NCBI RefSeq assembly: GCF_001677475.2
Contig: NZ_CP015229.1
Origin: Escherichia coli
GTDB lineage: Bacteria; Pseudomonadota; Gammaproteobacteria; Enterobacterales; Enterobacteriaceae
DNA: 64,000 nucleotides
Reading direction: 5' to 3' (one strand)
In this document: positions 1 through 11,425 of the stretch, in pieces
Numbering within the stretch: the first letter of the stretch is position 1
How the letters are laid out: each line of letters starts with the position of its first letter
Translations under genes and position numbers: made by a program
Notes under the pieces: generated by a model
What the model saw: the letters and a program-made list of their open reading frames with translations, nothing else
Told to the model about the DNA's origin: nothing
Databases searched by the model: none

Positions 1-51
1 TTTAAAGGGAGAATGACTAAACACGCGCATACACCTCTTGAACTCATTCAT
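1..51 (-). CDS. mntS: Small manganese-responsive protein MntS, 5' part only (first 17 codons; gene runs off the window start)
   Basis: Reverse complement of 1-51 translates MNEFKRCMRVFSHSPFK, matching the N-terminus of MntS as I recall it; divergent from mntR. Confidence 0.6.
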   Translation of the reverse strand, partial: MNEFKRCMRVFSHSPFK

Positions 52-109
52 AAGACCTCCTGACTTGCTAATCCCGTCGATCCTTGAGGGATGATTGCAT
101 TACATACAG

Positions 110-147
110 ATATAGCACAGGCTATATTATATAGCTATTGCTAAAAC
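110..147. promoter_or_regulatory. Candidate MntR operator palindromes in the mntS/mntR divergent region
   Basis: atatagcacaggctatat (110-127) is an inverted repeat ATAGC-N4-GCTAT resembling the MntR box; a second atagctat palindrome lies at 131-138. Confidence 0.45.
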
Positions 148-236
148 GTTAATTTTTTGTACCTTCGCAACTCTGGTTTACAATGTGCGCACGAAATGAG
201 AACGCTATGTATGCGTCACCATAATGAGGAAGCACA

Positions 237-704
237 ATGAGTCGTCGCGCAGGTATGCCAACAGCAAAAAAAGTGACGCAGTTAGTGAACGTGGAAGAGC
301 ACGTTGAAGGGTTCCGCCAGGTCAGAGAGGCGCATCGGCGCGAGCTTATTGATGATTACGTTGAGCTGATTTCTGACTTGATCAGGGAAGTGGGGGAAGC
401 TCGTCAGGTGGACATGGCTGCTCGTTTGGGAGTTTCGCAACCGACGGTGGCTAAAATGCTTAAGCGGCTGGCAACCATGGGGCTGATTGAAATGATCCCC
501 TGGCGTGGCGTGTTTTTAACGGCAGAAGGAGAGAAGCTGGCGCAGGAAAGCCGCGAGCGACATCAGATAGTCGAAAATTTCTTGTTGGTGTTGGGCGTCA
601 GTCCGGAAATCGCCCGTCGCGACGCGGAAGGCATGGAGCACCATGTTAGTGAAGAGACGCTCGACGCTTTTCGTTTGTTTACCCAGAAACACGGTGCCAA
701 ATGA
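237..704 (+). CDS. mntR: Manganese-responsive transcriptional regulator MntR (DtxR family)
   Basis: 155-aa ORF; helix-turn-helix segment [12 protein letters not shown]; length and sequence match MntR; stop overlaps ybiR start (ATGA). Confidence 0.9.
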   Translation: MSRRAGMPTAKKVTQLVNVEEHVEGFRQVREAHRRELIDDYVELISDLIREVGEARQVDMAARLGVSQPTVAKMLKRLATMGLIEMIPWRGVFLTAEGEKLAQESRERHQIVENFLLVLGVSPEIARRDAEGMEHHVSEETLDAFRLFTQKHGAK

Positions 705-1819
705 GCCTGCCTTTTTTACGCACGCTGCAAGGCGATCGTTTTTTTCAGTTATTAATTCTTGTTGGTATCGGATTAAGCTTTTTCGTGCCCTTTGCACCGA
801 AATCCTGGCCTGCTGCTATCGACTGGCACACCATCATCACCTTAAGCGGCCTGATGCTGCTGACCAAAGGTGTGGAGTTAAGCGGTTATTTTGATGTGCT
901 GGGGCGCAAAATGGTGCGCCGCTTTGCTACGGAGCGTCGGCTGGCGATGTTTATGGTGCTGGCGGCGGCGCTGCTTTCTACCTTTCTGACCAACGATGTC
1001 GCGCTGTTTATTGTTGTTCCGCTGACTATCACGCTAAAAAGACTGTGTGAGATCCCGGTTAATCGGCTGATTATTTTTGAGGCGCTGGCAGTCAACGCTG
1101 GTTCTCTACTGACGCCAATTGGCAACCCGCAAAATATTCTTATCTGGGGACGTTCTGGTCTTTCGTTTGCCGGATTTATTGCCCAAATGGCACCGCTGGC
1201 TGGCGCAATGATGCTGACGCTCCTGCTGTTGTGCTGGTGTTGTTTCCCTGGAAAGGCACTCCAATACCATACGGGGGTGCAAACACCGGAGTGGAAACCG
1301 CGGCTGGTGTGGAGTTGTCTGGGGCTGTATATCGTCTTTCTGACGGCGCTGGAGTTCAAACAAGAGCTGTGGGGACTGGTGATTGTGGCGGCAGGCTTTG
1401 CGCTGCTGGCACGTCGCGTGGTGCTCAGTGTGGACTGGACGCTGCTGCTGGTGTTTATGGCGATGTTTATCGACGTCCATTTACTAACCCAACTGCCAGC
1501 TTTGCAGGGGGTGTTAAGTAACGTGAGTCATTTATCCGAACCCGGATTATGGTTAACGGCGATTGGTTTATCGCAGGTGATCAGTAACGTGCCGAGTACC
1601 ATTTTGCTGCTCAATTATGTGCCACCGTCTTTATTACTGGCATGGGCGGTAAACGTAGGTGGCTTTGGTTTATTGCCCGGATCGCTGGCAAATTTGATTG
1701 CGCTACGGATGGCGAACGATCGCCGTATCTGGTGGCGTTTTCATCTTTATTCGATACCGATGCTGTTGTGGGCGGCGCTGGTAGGATACGTTGTGTTAGT
1801 TATGTTCCCGGTAGTGTAA
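701..1819 (+). CDS. ybiR: Putative anion permease YbiR (ArsB/NhaD superfamily), multi-pass membrane protein
   Basis: 372-aa highly hydrophobic ORF; synteny after mntR; start overlaps mntR stop. Confidence 0.85.
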   Translation: MSLPFLRTLQGDRFFQLLILVGIGLSFFVPFAPKSWPAAIDWHTIITLSGLMLLTKGVELSGYFDVLGRKMVRRFATERRLAMFMVLAAALLSTFLTNDVALFIVVPLTITLKRLCEIPVNRLIIFEALAVNAGSLLTPIGNPQNILIWGRSGLSFAGFIAQMAPLAGAMMLTLLLLCWCCFPGKALQYHTGVQTPEWKPRLVWSCLGLYIVFLTALEFKQELWGLVIVAAGFALLARRVVLSVDWTLLLVFMAMFIDVHLLTQLPALQGVLSNVSHLSEPGLWLTAIGLSQVISNVPSTILLLNYVPPSLLLAWAVNVGGFGLLPGSLANLIALRMANDRRIWWRFHLYSIPMLLWAALVGYVVLVMFPVV

Positions 1820-1831
1820 GAGCCGACAAAT

Positions 1832-1862
1832 AAAAAAGGCGGATTATGAGTCCGCCTTTTGC
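1832..1862. terminator. Bidirectional rho-independent terminator between ybiR and ldtB
   Basis: aaaaaaggcggattatgagtccgccttttgc: GC stem ggcgga/tccgcc flanked by an A-run and a T-run. Confidence 0.7.
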
Positions 1863-1877
1863 TTTAAGTTTTGAAGA

Positions 1878-2798
1878 TTAATTCAGACGAACCGGCATCC
1901 CGGAGCGGTTTTTAATCGCTTCATCAAGAACAACCTGGTCAACATCTGGCTGACCGGTCACTGTCTGCACGCTCTTCGTCAGGGTAATTGGCACAATTTC
2001 CTGACCTTCAAACTGAGCTTCGGTGGTAGACAGCGGGTTATGGACTTCAATGTAACGGCTGCCGTCTGGCTCGGTGGTCGCTTTTACCGGCTCATCAATA
2101 AACTGTACGCGGGTACCGACCGGTACTTTCTCGAACAGGAATTTGATGTCTTCGTTACGCAGACGCACACAACCATGACTTACACGCAGGCCGATACCGA
2201 AGTTGGCGTTGGTGCCATGGATAGCGTACAGGCGACCGATGTAGAGTGCATACAGCCCCATCGGGTTATCCGGACCTGCCGGAACGACAGCCGGAAGCGG
2301 TTCGCCCGCAGCGCGGTACTCTGCGTGCATTTTGGCGGTCGGCGTCCAGGTCGGGCCTGCTTTCTTACGCTCAACTTTGGTGGTCCAGTTGATAGGCGTA
2401 TCTTTGCCTAACTGACCAATGCCGATCGGCAGCACGATAACGGTGTTGGTCCCTTTCGGATAGTAATACAGACGCATCTCTGCACTGTTAATGACGATGC
2501 CTTCATGAACGGTATCCGGCAGGATCAGCTGCTGCGGAATGTTCAGTACAGTACCGCCTTTCGGCAGGAAGGTATCCACACCCGGGTTCGCTTCCATCAT
2601 ATTGGAAAGCCCCATCTGGTACTCGGCGGCAAAATACTCCAGCGGCTGAGTGTTACCTTCAGGAATAGTGATCACCTGATTCTGACCAACCAGGCGACTC
2701 CCGTCGGTTGGCAGAGGATAAGTTACCGCAGAGGCGGTACTGCAAAAGCCGACAACAGCGAAGGCCGCTGCGAATAATGTTTTCAATTTCATATTCAT
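1878..2798 (-). CDS. ldtB: L,D-transpeptidase LdtB (YbiS), periplasmic, YkuD domain
   Basis: 306-aa ORF with signal peptide [24 protein letters not shown] and catalytic-region motif SHGCVRL. Confidence 0.88.
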
Positions 2799-3016
2799 GT
2801 TAAGCGAGATTTTGTGCCTGGCAGGCCATTGGGTTGAGAATATTAGAGTATTGGAAGCGCATTATAAGTTCATTCCAGCTCACAGTGAAATCAGATGTGT
2901 ACGAAATCACATTTTTTGCCTTTGGCTTGAGTGTAGACCTTAAGCGAGGAGCAGGATCTTCTTTCAGACTTATGGCATAATGCGCGGTTTGTCATATCTC
3001 TTTTCAGGATACGCCT

Positions 3017-4609
3017 GTGTTAGTTTCCAGTAACGTCACCATGCAGTTCGGCAGTAAGCCGTTGTTTGAAAACATTTCCGTCAAATTTGGCGGCGGCAAC
3101 CGTTACGGCCTGATTGGCGCGAACGGTAGTGGTAAATCCACCTTTATGAAGATCCTCGGCGGCGACCTTGAGCCGACGCTGGGTAACGTTTCCCTCGATC
3201 CCAACGAGCGCATTGGTAAGCTGCGTCAGGATCAGTTTGCCTTTGAAGAGTTCACTGTGCTGGATACGGTGATCATGGGGCATAAAGAGTTGTGGGAAGT
3301 GAAGCAGGAGCGTGACCGCATCTATGCTTTGCCGGAAATGAGTGAAGAAGACGGCTATAAAGTGGCCGATCTGGAAGTGAAATACGGCGAAATGGACGGT
3401 TACTCTGCGGAAGCTCGCGCCGGTGAACTGTTGCTTGGCGTGGGAATTCCAGTGGAACAACACTACGGCCCGATGAGTGAAGTTGCTCCTGGCTGGAAGC
3501 TGCGTGTGCTGCTGGCGCAGGCGCTGTTTGCTGATCCAGACATTCTCCTGCTCGACGAACCGACCAACAACCTCGACATCGACACCATTCGCTGGCTGGA
3601 ACAGGTGCTGAACGAGCGTGACAGCACCATGATCATCATCTCGCACGACCGTCACTTCCTTAACATGGTTTGTACCCACATGGCGGATCTGGATTACGGC
3701 GAGCTGCGCGTTTATCCAGGTAACTACGATGAGTACATGACGGCGGCGACCCAGGCGCGTGAGCGTCTGCTGGCTGATAACGCCAAGAAGAAAGCGCAGA
3801 TTGCTGAGCTGCAATCTTTCGTTAGCCGCTTTAGTGCCAACGCCTCGAAATCTCGCCAGGCAACTTCGCGCGCGCGCCAGATTGATAAAATCAAACTGGA
3901 AGAGGTGAAAGCCTCCAGCCGTCAGAACCCGTTCATCCGTTTTGAGCAGGATAAGAAACTGTTCCGTAACGCGCTGGAAGTGGAAGGTCTGACCAAAGGG
4001 TTTGATAACGGTCCACTGTTTAAAAATCTCAACCTGCTGCTGGAAGTGGGTGAAAAACTGGCTGTACTGGGTACCAACGGCGTCGGTAAATCAACGCTGC
4101 TGAAAACGCTGGTGGGCGATCTGCAACCGGGCAGCGGCACCGTAAAATGGTCTGAGAACGCGCGCATTGGTTACTACGCCCAGGACCATGAATATGAGTT
4201 CGAAAATGATCTTACCGTGTTCGAATGGATGAGTCAGTGGAAGCAGGAAGGCGATGACGAGCAGGCGGTACGCAGCATTCTCGGTCGTTTACTGTTCAGC
4301 CAGGACGACATCAAAAAGCCAGCGAAAGTGCTTTCCGGTGGGGAGAAAGGGCGGATGCTGTTTGGTAAGTTAATGATGCAGAAGCCGAACATTCTGATCA
4401 TGGACGAACCGACCAACCACCTGGATATGGAATCCATCGAGTCACTGAACATGGCGCTGGAACTGTATCAGGGCACGCTGATCTTTGTTTCACACGACCG
4501 TGAGTTCGTAAGCTCCCTGGCGACCCGTATTCTGGAAATCACCCCGGAACGCGTGATCGACTTTAGCGGTAATTACGAAGATTATCTGCGTAGTAAAGGG
4601 ATCGAGTAA
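3017..4609 (+). CDS. ybiT: ABC-F family ATPase YbiT (two ABC cassettes, no transmembrane domain)
   Basis: 530-aa ORF with two Walker A motifs ([18 protein letters not shown]) and two LSGG signatures; GTG start at 3017. Confidence 0.88.
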   Translation: MLVSSNVTMQFGSKPLFENISVKFGGGNRYGLIGANGSGKSTFMKILGGDLEPTLGNVSLDPNERIGKLRQDQFAFEEFTVLDTVIMGHKELWEVKQERDRIYALPEMSEEDGYKVADLEVKYGEMDGYSAEARAGELLLGVGIPVEQHYGPMSEVAPGWKLRVLLAQALFADPDILLLDEPTNNLDIDTIRWLEQVLNERDSTMIIISHDRHFLNMVCTHMADLDYGELRVYPGNYDEYMTAATQARERLLADNAKKKAQIAELQSFVSRFSANASKSRQATSRARQIDKIKLEEVKASSRQNPFIRFEQDKKLFRNALEVEGLTKGFDNGPLFKNLNLLLEVGEKLAVLGTNGVGKSTLLKTLVGDLQPGSGTVKWSENARIGYYAQDHEYEFENDLTVFEWMSQWKQEGDDEQAVRSILGRLLFSQDDIKKPAKVLSGGEKGRMLFGKLMMQKPNILIMDEPTNHLDMESIESLNMALELYQGTLIFVSHDREFVSSLATRILEITPERVIDFSGNYEDYLRSKGIE

Positions 4610-4664
4610 GTTATTATCCGTCAGCCCGATACTGTCGGGGTGACGGCGGCTGATGACAAACGCA

Positions 4665-4760
4665 AGATTGCCTGATGCGCTATGCTTATCAGGCCTACGC
4701 AGTACCTGCAATATATTGAATCTGCAGGACTTTGTAGGCCGGATAAGGCGTTATGAACTG
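4665..4760. repeat. REP/BIME-like palindromic repeats downstream of ybiT
   Basis: gcctgatgcgctatgcttatcaggcctac and gtaggccggataaggcg match the E. coli REP consensus in opposite orientations. Confidence 0.55.
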
Positions 4761-4847
4761 CAGGCATTAACAAAGCGCATTTGTCAGCAATCTGAGTAAC
4801 GTCGAATCGATTTTCTTAATCCCACATCAATTCATTTCCATTAACTC

Positions 4848-6107
4848 TCAAACATCCATGCCCAGTGCGCGCTTACCGTGAATGTTCAGATCCTCCAGCG
4901 TAAAGCGGCCTTCCCAGTTTGCTTCATAATCTTCCCGCGGGAAGTCGCCAGGTGATGCGCCTTTTTCCAGCGCCATTTTGACTTTGTGTGCATAAGCCCG
5001 ATTTTTCTCGCACATTGGCGCAGCAGGGATATACATCACGTTGCCCCAACCCTGTTGATTGTCTACTGGCGCGACGGAGTGAATCACATCGCAGTGCCAC
5101 CAGACGGAATCCCCTGCTGTTATCGCGGGAATGGAAGTCAGCGCTTTAAGCAGTAGTGGATGCCATTTCTCTGAAATGGGCAGAACTTTGCCAGGTGCAA
5201 CCCCGCACAGTTCATCGTCCGGTACGTCATCCAGCAGCGGGCGCAATAAAACATACGCCATCGCTTCCGGGATAGGCACCACATGTAACAATCCCTGACC
5301 CGATAACATATCAGAGAGCGCCGTCCAGCCTTGAAACGTGCGGAACACCGAACATTTTGTAGTGTTATCTACCGTGTACTCTTCGACATCGGTCCGGTGT
5401 GCAGCATCCCAGGGATCGTAATCATCGAAATTACCATTAAACACATTGGCAAAAACGCGCTGATAAGCGGGTAATAACCACCGTTCCAGCGCACCAGAAT
5501 CGGTATGCGCGCCCAGGCCTTTAGATGTAGTACCTGGAGGGCGGCGGCGGATCCTGTCTGGATAAATCACACTGATATCAGGATTAAACCACTGTTTGCC
5601 GTTGCTTTCAGACGTCCACAGTCGGTTTAGAAAAGATTGCACAGCAGCCATGTTTTCGCTCTGCCGCGCCTGCATCTGTGCTTGCGACCAGTAAATGGGA
5701 TAGATTTCGGGACGAGAAGCCTCCAGCGAGCCGAAAAAACTGTCGCCAGGGCCTTTATAAACATCATCAAAATGATTGATATCAAGATAATCGAGCATGG
5801 CACGATCCCACGCCATCGCCAGCTCGCGAGGGAAATGGCCTTTTATGACTGCACAGCCGCGACGTTTAATTTCATTGCGAGTGGCATCGCTTACTGTACC
5901 TGCGGCAATATCACTATAAGAAACTTCCGGCCAAACCGGCAGCCCTTGCGCTTTTAGGGCATCGATTTCAGCAACACGCGTTTCGATTTTTGCAGAGAGT
6001 GTATCGAAAACCTGTTGCACATCACCGAGCTGTTCTCGCAGCACAGCTTTCATCTCTCGGATAGCCGCTTTCGCATCTGTGGGCAGCGTCTCACAGGAAA
6101 AAGTCAT
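4848..6107 (-). CDS. ybiU: DUF1479-family protein YbiU
   Basis: 419-aa ORF; synteny between ybiT and ybiV; sequence recognised as YbiU. Confidence 0.8.
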   Translation of the reverse strand: MTFSCETLPTDAKAAIREMKAVLREQLGDVQQVFDTLSAKIETRVAEIDALKAQGLPVWPEVSYSDIAAGTVSDATRNEIKRRGCAVIKGHFPRELAMAWDRAMLDYLDINHFDDVYKGPGDSFFGSLEASRPEIYPIYWSQAQMQARQSENMAAVQSFLNRLWTSESNGKQWFNPDISVIYPDRIRRRPPGTTSKGLGAHTDSGALERWLLPAYQRVFANVFNGNFDDYDPWDAAHRTDVEEYTVDNTTKCSVFRTFQGWTALSDMLSGQGLLHVVPIPEAMAYVLLRPLLDDVPDDELCGVAPGKVLPISEKWHPLLLKALTSIPAITAGDSVWWHCDVIHSVAPVDNQQGWGNVMYIPAAPMCEKNRAYAHKVKMALEKGASPGDFPREDYEANWEGRFTLEDLNIHGKRALGMDV

Positions 6108-6211
6108 ATCAACCTCGCCTCTTTCATTCGAAATTAAAATGATTACGATTGATACATTAAGTTAAAAATAAGTTAACGCAAGATAAAAATCTTGAGTCAG
6201 TGCACAAAGCG

Positions 6212-6250
6212 AGCAAAAAGGAGAGAGGCCGAAGTGGTCACTTCGGCCAG
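6212..6250 (-). terminator. Rho-independent terminator downstream of ybiV
   Basis: Perfect 10-bp inverted repeat ggccgaagtg/cacttcggcc (6227-6248), followed on the minus strand by a T-rich run. Confidence 0.55.
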
Positions 6251-6258
6251 GGGGAAGA

Positions 6259-7074
6259 TCAACTATTGAAAGGAGCGATATTATCCAGCACCGCCTGAAT
6301 CACATTCAGCGCGCCTTCATGATTATTATCATCGGTAGCGTAACGGGCGATTTGTTTAATGTTTTCCGCAGCATTGCCCATCGCAAAGGAATAACGCGCC
6401 ATTTTCAGCATCTCCGCATCGTTACCGCTGTCGCCAATCGCTACCACATTTTGCGGTGACAGATCCCAGCGTTTCAGTAACCGCGAAATACCGTTTGCTT
6501 TATGTAGACCGGGAATAATCAGGTCGATAAAGCCAAAACCACTGGTAACGGGTTTCATAATGCCATCCAGCGCTATGTGCAGTTTGTCGATCACTAACGG
6601 GATTTGTTCATCCGGCAGGTTGAGCGAAAACTTGAACAGTACGTCGTCAATCTCCTGATAATCTTTTACAGGTTTCAGGCGATGGTAGTGTTTTGCCATC
6701 AGTGCGACGAATGCTTCGGGGGCGTTTTCGCTGACATATGCACTTTGCAGACCGCAGGCGACAAAATTGAGTTGCTTATCTTTTAGCAACTCGCCAATAA
6801 CAATCCGCGATTCATGTCGGGTCAGTTCGCCGTGGAACAACTGCTTGCCATGTTCGTAAACCAGTGCGCCGTTTTCCGCGACAAAAGAGATCTCATCCTT
6901 TAGCTCAGGAAAGAACGAAATAAGCTGGTAATACTGATTACCGCTGGCGACAACGAACTTAATGCCGCGCTTTTTCAGTTCCTGATATTGCGCCATAAAA
7001 CGTGGTTGGTTGTACGTTTTGGCGTCGTTAAGAAAAGTACCGTCCATGTCTGTGACGATAACTTTTACGCTCAT
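6259..7074 (-). CDS. ybiV: HAD-superfamily Cof-type sugar phosphatase YbiV
   Basis: 271-aa ORF with N-terminal HAD motif DMDGTFL and C-terminal GDSGNDAEM motif. Confidence 0.88.
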   Translation of the reverse strand: MSVKVIVTDMDGTFLNDAKTYNQPRFMAQYQELKKRGIKFVVASGNQYYQLISFFPELKDEISFVAENGALVYEHGKQLFHGELTRHESRIVIGELLKDKQLNFVACGLQSAYVSENAPEAFVALMAKHYHRLKPVKDYQEIDDVLFKFSLNLPDEQIPLVIDKLHIALDGIMKPVTSGFGFIDLIIPGLHKANGISRLLKRWDLSPQNVVAIGDSGNDAEMLKMARYSFAMGNAAENIKQIARYATDDNNHEGALNVIQAVLDNIAPFNS

Positions 7075-7219
7075 AGGTGTGCTCCTGGCTCGAAAATGAA
7101 ACCGTAACAGTGTAATAACAATGTGACGCAGAGCACAAATTATATTTCGAATGAAAGTAAGGATGAAATTGATGATGTGAATGATTTAGCCCGGCGACGC
7201 CGCCGCCGGGCTGAGGAGA

Positions 7220-9652
7220 TTACAGCATATGTTCAGTACGGGCGATGATATCGTCCTGTGCGTCTGGAGAGAGCGCGGTGAAGAAGGCGGAATAGCCCGC
7301 GACACGCACTACCAGATCGCGGTACTGATCCGGATGTTTTTTCGCTTCCAGCAGCGTTTCGCGGGAAACGATGTTGTACTGAATATGCCAGCCTTTATGC
7401 ACCTCGAAGAAGGTGCGCAGCAGGATCATCAGTTTCTGCTTGTCAGATTCGTTCTCCAGTGTTGCTGGATTCAGTTTCTGGTTGAGCAACACGCCGCCGA
7501 GAATCGCTGCCGTAGGCAGTTTACCCACCGAGCCAATGACCGCAGTAGGGCCAAGATGATCAGTACCGGAAGCCGGGCTTGCGCCTTCTGCCAGCGGGGT
7601 GTGGGCTTTACGCCCGTCCGGTGTTGCCATAGTCTGCGCGCCAAACGGTACGTTAGCGGAGATAGACGACGTACCCGCGTAATAGTTGCCGCCAACCGGA
7701 CCACGACCGTAGCGCGGATTATGGTACTGTTTCAGTTCGTCGATATAGGTCTGATAAGCGCGAGCCAGCAGCGTATCGACGGTATCATCGTCGTTGCCGT
7801 ACTTCGGCGCACCGTTAATCAGCCGCTGACGCAGCTGCTCGTGCGTCAGACCATCGAAGTCATCCGCCAGTGCGGCAGCCAGCTGTTGCTGACCAATCGC
7901 GCCCTGTTCAAATACCAGTTTCTTCACTGCCGCCAGGCTGTTGCCGAGGTTGGCAATGCCGACCTGCAGGCCAGAAACCCAGTCATATTTCGCGCCGCCT
8001 TGCTTGATACTTTTCGCTCGCTCAATGCAGTCATCCACCAGCGCCGAGCAGAGAATATCGTGTACGTTCTCTTCCAGCATGGTGTCGACGACATATTCAA
8101 TTTCGATTGATTTGCGGGTGTAGTAACGGATTTGCATATCCCACGCGTCCATTACTTCATCGAAATTGTTAAAGTTACCCGCTGACAACGCTTTTTCTTG
8201 TGGCAGGAACACTTTGCCGCTGGTGGCATCACGACCGCCTTCCAGCGCCGCCAGCATCACGCGGGCGAAGTTGATAAAGCTCATGCCGGTACAGCGATAG
8301 CCCCATTTGCCACCGACGGCGGTTTCGATACAACCAATCGCTGCATAGTCGTAAGCGTCCTGCGGTTCAATACCGAGTTTAATAAATTCCGGGATCACGA
8401 TTTCGTCGTTGTTGAACGCCGGCATCCCGAAGCCGCAACGGATCACCTGTACGCAGGCGTCGAGGAAATCGTTGCTCATTCCCGCGTGGTAACGCACGCT
8501 GAGGTTAGGCTGAGTGGAACGCAGGCGACCGCAGGATTCGAGGATCGCGTAAGAAAGTGGATTCACCGCGTCCATCGGTTGACCATCAACCAGATTTTGC
8601 CCGCCAATGGTGACGTTCTGATACAGCGGACTTCCCGCAGAGGCTTTTGAGTGCGAGCCGGAGCGGATTTTGTTCACTTCCAGCAGTTTCAACCAGCAGC
8701 TATGCAGCATCTCGATGGCGTGTTCACGATCCAGTATCTGGTTCAGTTCAACGTCGCGGCGATAGTACGGGTAGAGATACTGGTCCATACGACCAAACGA
8801 TACTGAGTGACCGTTAGATTCGATCTGCAAAATCAACTGGATGAAGTAGCACAGTTGCAGCGCCTGCCAGAAAGTCTGCGGCGGCTGGTGGGCGATAAGA
8901 TCGCAGTTTTCTGCTATCGCCAGCAGTTCATCGCGACGGCTTTCGCGGGTTTCAGTGGCTGCCATTTCACGCGCCAGGGCAGCGAAACGTTCAATGTGTT
9001 CACTGACTGCCACCAGCACGATATCAATCGCTTTCAGGAACTGCTCGCCGTGCAAATCTTCCAGCACCGTCAGGTTGATGCGCGAGCGACGTTCCGCTAC
9101 TTTCTCGCGCAGACCATCAAGACCTTTTTCCAGCAGCAGCGGGAAATTCACCGCCAGGTGCGCATCGCCGGAGGTCATATTGCCTTCCGCTTTAATGATT
9201 CCGGTCGCCAGCAGACCTTTTTGCTCATCGGTAAACATGCCGTAGCAGCGATCCTGTACCGTCTGACCGCGCCACCACGGGCACACTTCATGCAGAACAC
9301 GTTTGTTCTCTTCGCTCACCGCAAAACCTGCGCCGGGACGATCTGCCAGATCATCAATCTCTTTTTCGATCCAGGAGACGGTATATTCCGGGAAGATTGG
9401 CGCGGCGCGAACTTCGCTTGCCTGGTTGCCAATGATCAACTCATCGTGTTTGATCCAGATGGTGCGATTCGTCAGGTGATGTGCCAGCGCCAGCGCGCGA
9501 CGTACCGGGATCGGCTTATCGAGATGTTGTTGATACATCTCGGTATAGTGCTGCGCGCGCTCGGTACAAACCGGCGGTTTCACAATATGTACCAGCGCAT
9601 TTTTGTGCGCTTTAATGCGGTCGCTGAGCGTGTCCAGTTTCAGTGTGGTCAT
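7220..9652 (-). CDS. ybiW: Glycyl radical enzyme, pyruvate formate-lyase homologue YbiW (PflF)
   Basis: 810-aa ORF with C-terminal glycyl-radical signature RVAGYSAFF; adjacent to its activase. Confidence 0.88.
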   Translation of the reverse strand: MTTLKLDTLSDRIKAHKNALVHIVKPPVCTERAQHYTEMYQQHLDKPIPVRRALALAHHLTNRTIWIKHDELIIGNQASEVRAAPIFPEYTVSWIEKEIDDLADRPGAGFAVSEENKRVLHEVCPWWRGQTVQDRCYGMFTDEQKGLLATGIIKAEGNMTSGDAHLAVNFPLLLEKGLDGLREKVAERRSRINLTVLEDLHGEQFLKAIDIVLVAVSEHIERFAALAREMAATETRESRRDELLAIAENCDLIAHQPPQTFWQALQLCYFIQLILQIESNGHSVSFGRMDQYLYPYYRRDVELNQILDREHAIEMLHSCWLKLLEVNKIRSGSHSKASAGSPLYQNVTIGGQNLVDGQPMDAVNPLSYAILESCGRLRSTQPNLSVRYHAGMSNDFLDACVQVIRCGFGMPAFNNDEIVIPEFIKLGIEPQDAYDYAAIGCIETAVGGKWGYRCTGMSFINFARVMLAALEGGRDATSGKVFLPQEKALSAGNFNNFDEVMDAWDMQIRYYTRKSIEIEYVVDTMLEENVHDILCSALVDDCIERAKSIKQGGAKYDWVSGLQVGIANLGNSLAAVKKLVFEQGAIGQQQLAAALADDFDGLTHEQLRQRLINGAPKYGNDDDTVDTLLARAYQTYIDELKQYHNPRYGRGPVGGNYYAGTSSISANVPFGAQTMATPDGRKAHTPLAEGASPASGTDHLGPTAVIGSVGKLPTAAILGGVLLNQKLNPATLENESDKQKLMILLRTFFEVHKGWHIQYNIVSRETLLEAKKHPDQYRDLVVRVAGYSAFFTALSPDAQDDIIARTEHML

Positions 9653-9657
9653 GGTTG

Positions 9658-10557
9658 TTATCCTCGTAAGGTCGCGGTTAACCCTTTCTGGCAGGCATAC
9701 TGCTGGGCAAAGTCGAGCAGTTCTGGCGCATCAAGCGGTTTTTCCGGGGCGTCATAGGGCAGATTAAGTAAGTGATATTTGTTGATGCCCAGCGTGTGGT
9801 AGGGCAGGAAATGAATTTCACCAACGTGCAGCTCGTCGGCGGCAAAATCGGTAATGGCTTTTACAGAGGTTTCGTCGGCATTAAAGCCCTGAATCAGCGG
9901 CACGCGGATAATGATTTTTTTGCCCGCTGCGGCGAGTTTTTTCAGGTTATCCAACACCCTGGCGGCGTTACCGTCGGTCCACTGTTTAAACGGCGCGTCG
10001 GCAACGTGTTTTAAATCGGCAAGAAACAGATCGATATAGGACAGAGAAGGGGCGATATATTTCCACGGCACATGCAGACAGGTTTCTACCGCAGTATGAA
10101 TGCCGGCCTCGTGGCTGGCTTGCAGTAGCGCTGTCGCCATTTCCGGCTGCATGAATGGTTCACCGCCAGAAAGTGTTAAGCCGCCGCCGCTGCGATCATA
10201 AAACGGTTTATCGCGCAGAACGGTCGCCATGATCTCCTCAACGCTTTTCACTTCACCACACACGGTTAACGCCTGTGTCGGGCAGCAGTCGGTTAACGCC
10301 GTCAGATGCTCCGGGGTTAACTTTTCCCGATGAATAAGCAAACCATTCAGCGCGCGCTCAATCACTTCCGGCGCGGTCTTAGCGCACAGCTCGCAGCCTT
10401 CCAGACACAGTCGTGGGTCATACAGCAGATCCTGCGTGCGGGCGCGGCTTTCCGGGTTCTGACACCAGCGGCAGCCCAGCGAACAGCCTTTAAGAAATAC
10501 GACCGTGCGGATACCGGGGCCATCATGGGTCGAGTAGCGCTGAATATTGAAAATCAT
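9658..10557 (-). CDS. ybiY: Glycyl-radical enzyme activating protein YbiY (PflE), radical SAM
   Basis: Radical-SAM CxxxCxxC motif (CSLGCRWC) plus extra Cys clusters; start chosen at MIFNIQRY (about 299 aa); an in-frame ATG 27 nt upstream (10584) is the alternative. Confidence 0.8.
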   Translation of the reverse strand: MIFNIQRYSTHDGPGIRTVVFLKGCSLGCRWCQNPESRARTQDLLYDPRLCLEGCELCAKTAPEVIERALNGLLIHREKLTPEHLTALTDCCPTQALTVCGEVKSVEEIMATVLRDKPFYDRSGGGLTLSGGEPFMQPEMATALLQASHEAGIHTAVETCLHVPWKYIAPSLSYIDLFLADLKHVADAPFKQWTDGNAARVLDNLKKLAAAGKKIIIRVPLIQGFNADETSVKAITDFAADELHVGEIHFLPYHTLGINKYHLLNLPYDAPEKPLDAPELLDFAQQYACQKGLTATLRG

Positions 10558-10687
10558 AGTTGCCTCTCTGTTTCGTTCAAACATTAAAATACTTTCGAAT
10601 GAAAGTTAGATTGATGTGCGTCAACTGTTCAGAGAGTTTTCCCGTGATAGTCTACATTCAGACAAAAAGTACATTTTGAGGATGGTT

Positions 10688-11350
10688 ATGGAACTGTATC
10701 TGGATACTTCAGACGTTGTTGCGGTGAAGGCGCTGTCACGTATTTTTCCGCTGGCGGGTGTGACCACTAACCCAAGCATTATCGCCGCGGGTAAAAAACC
10801 GCTGGAGGTTGTGCTTCCGGAACTTCATGAAGCGCTGGGCGGTCAGGGGCGTCTGTTTGCCCAGGTAATGGCTACCACTGCTGAAGGGATGGTGAATGAC
10901 GCACGTAAATTGCGTTCTATTATTGCGGATATCGTGGTGAAAGTTCCGGTGACCGCCGAGGGGCTGGCAGCTATTAAGATGTTAAAAGCGGAAGGGATTC
11001 CGACGCTGGGAACCGCGGTATATGGCGCGGCACAAGGGTTGATGTCGGCGCTGGCAGGTGCAGAATATGTTGCACCTTACGTTAATCGTATTGATGCTCA
11101 GGGTGGTAGCGGCATTCAGACTGTGACCGACTTACACCAGTTATTGAAAATGCATGCGCCGCAGGCGAAAGTGCTGGCAGCGAGTTTCAAAACCCCGCGT
11201 CAGGCACTGGACTGCTTACTGGCAGGATGTGAATCAATCACGCTGCCACTGGATGTGGCACAACAGATGATTAGCTATCCGGCGGTGGATGCCGCTGTGG
11301 CGAAGTTTGAGCAGGACTGGCAGGGAGCGTTTGACAGAACGTCGATTTAA
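10688..11350 (+). CDS. fsaA: Fructose-6-phosphate aldolase 1
   Basis: 220-aa product starting MELYLDTSD; transaldolase-like fold; internal ATG chosen over the ORF-track start at 10616. Confidence 0.88.
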   Translation: MELYLDTSDVVAVKALSRIFPLAGVTTNPSIIAAGKKPLEVVLPELHEALGGQGRLFAQVMATTAEGMVNDARKLRSIIADIVVKVPVTAEGLAAIKMLKAEGIPTLGTAVYGAAQGLMSALAGAEYVAPYVNRIDAQGGSGIQTVTDLHQLLKMHAPQAKVLAASFKTPRQALDCLLAGCESITLPLDVAQQMISYPAVDAAVAKFEQDWQGAFDRTSI

Positions 11351-11425
11351 CCGGACGTTCTGCATCCTCATAAATTGCTGATGACGTGGCGGAGTGCCGC
11401 GTCTTATCAGGCCTGGAGGTGGCAA

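Noticed and set aside
3020-3814. 264-aa minus-strand ORF inside ybiT, and similar long antisense ORFs (7229-8110, 8807-9757 inside ybiW; 11696-12091 inside moeB; 23883-24362 inside rimO; 61946-62575 inside hcp)
   Set aside because: They lie entirely within and antisense to well-recognised genes, have no ribosome-binding site and no recognisable protein features; classic shadow ORFs.
7180-7219. GC-rich hairpin cccggcgacgccgccgccggg downstream of ybiW as a terminator
   Set aside because: No convincing T-run follows the hairpin on the minus strand; left unannotated.
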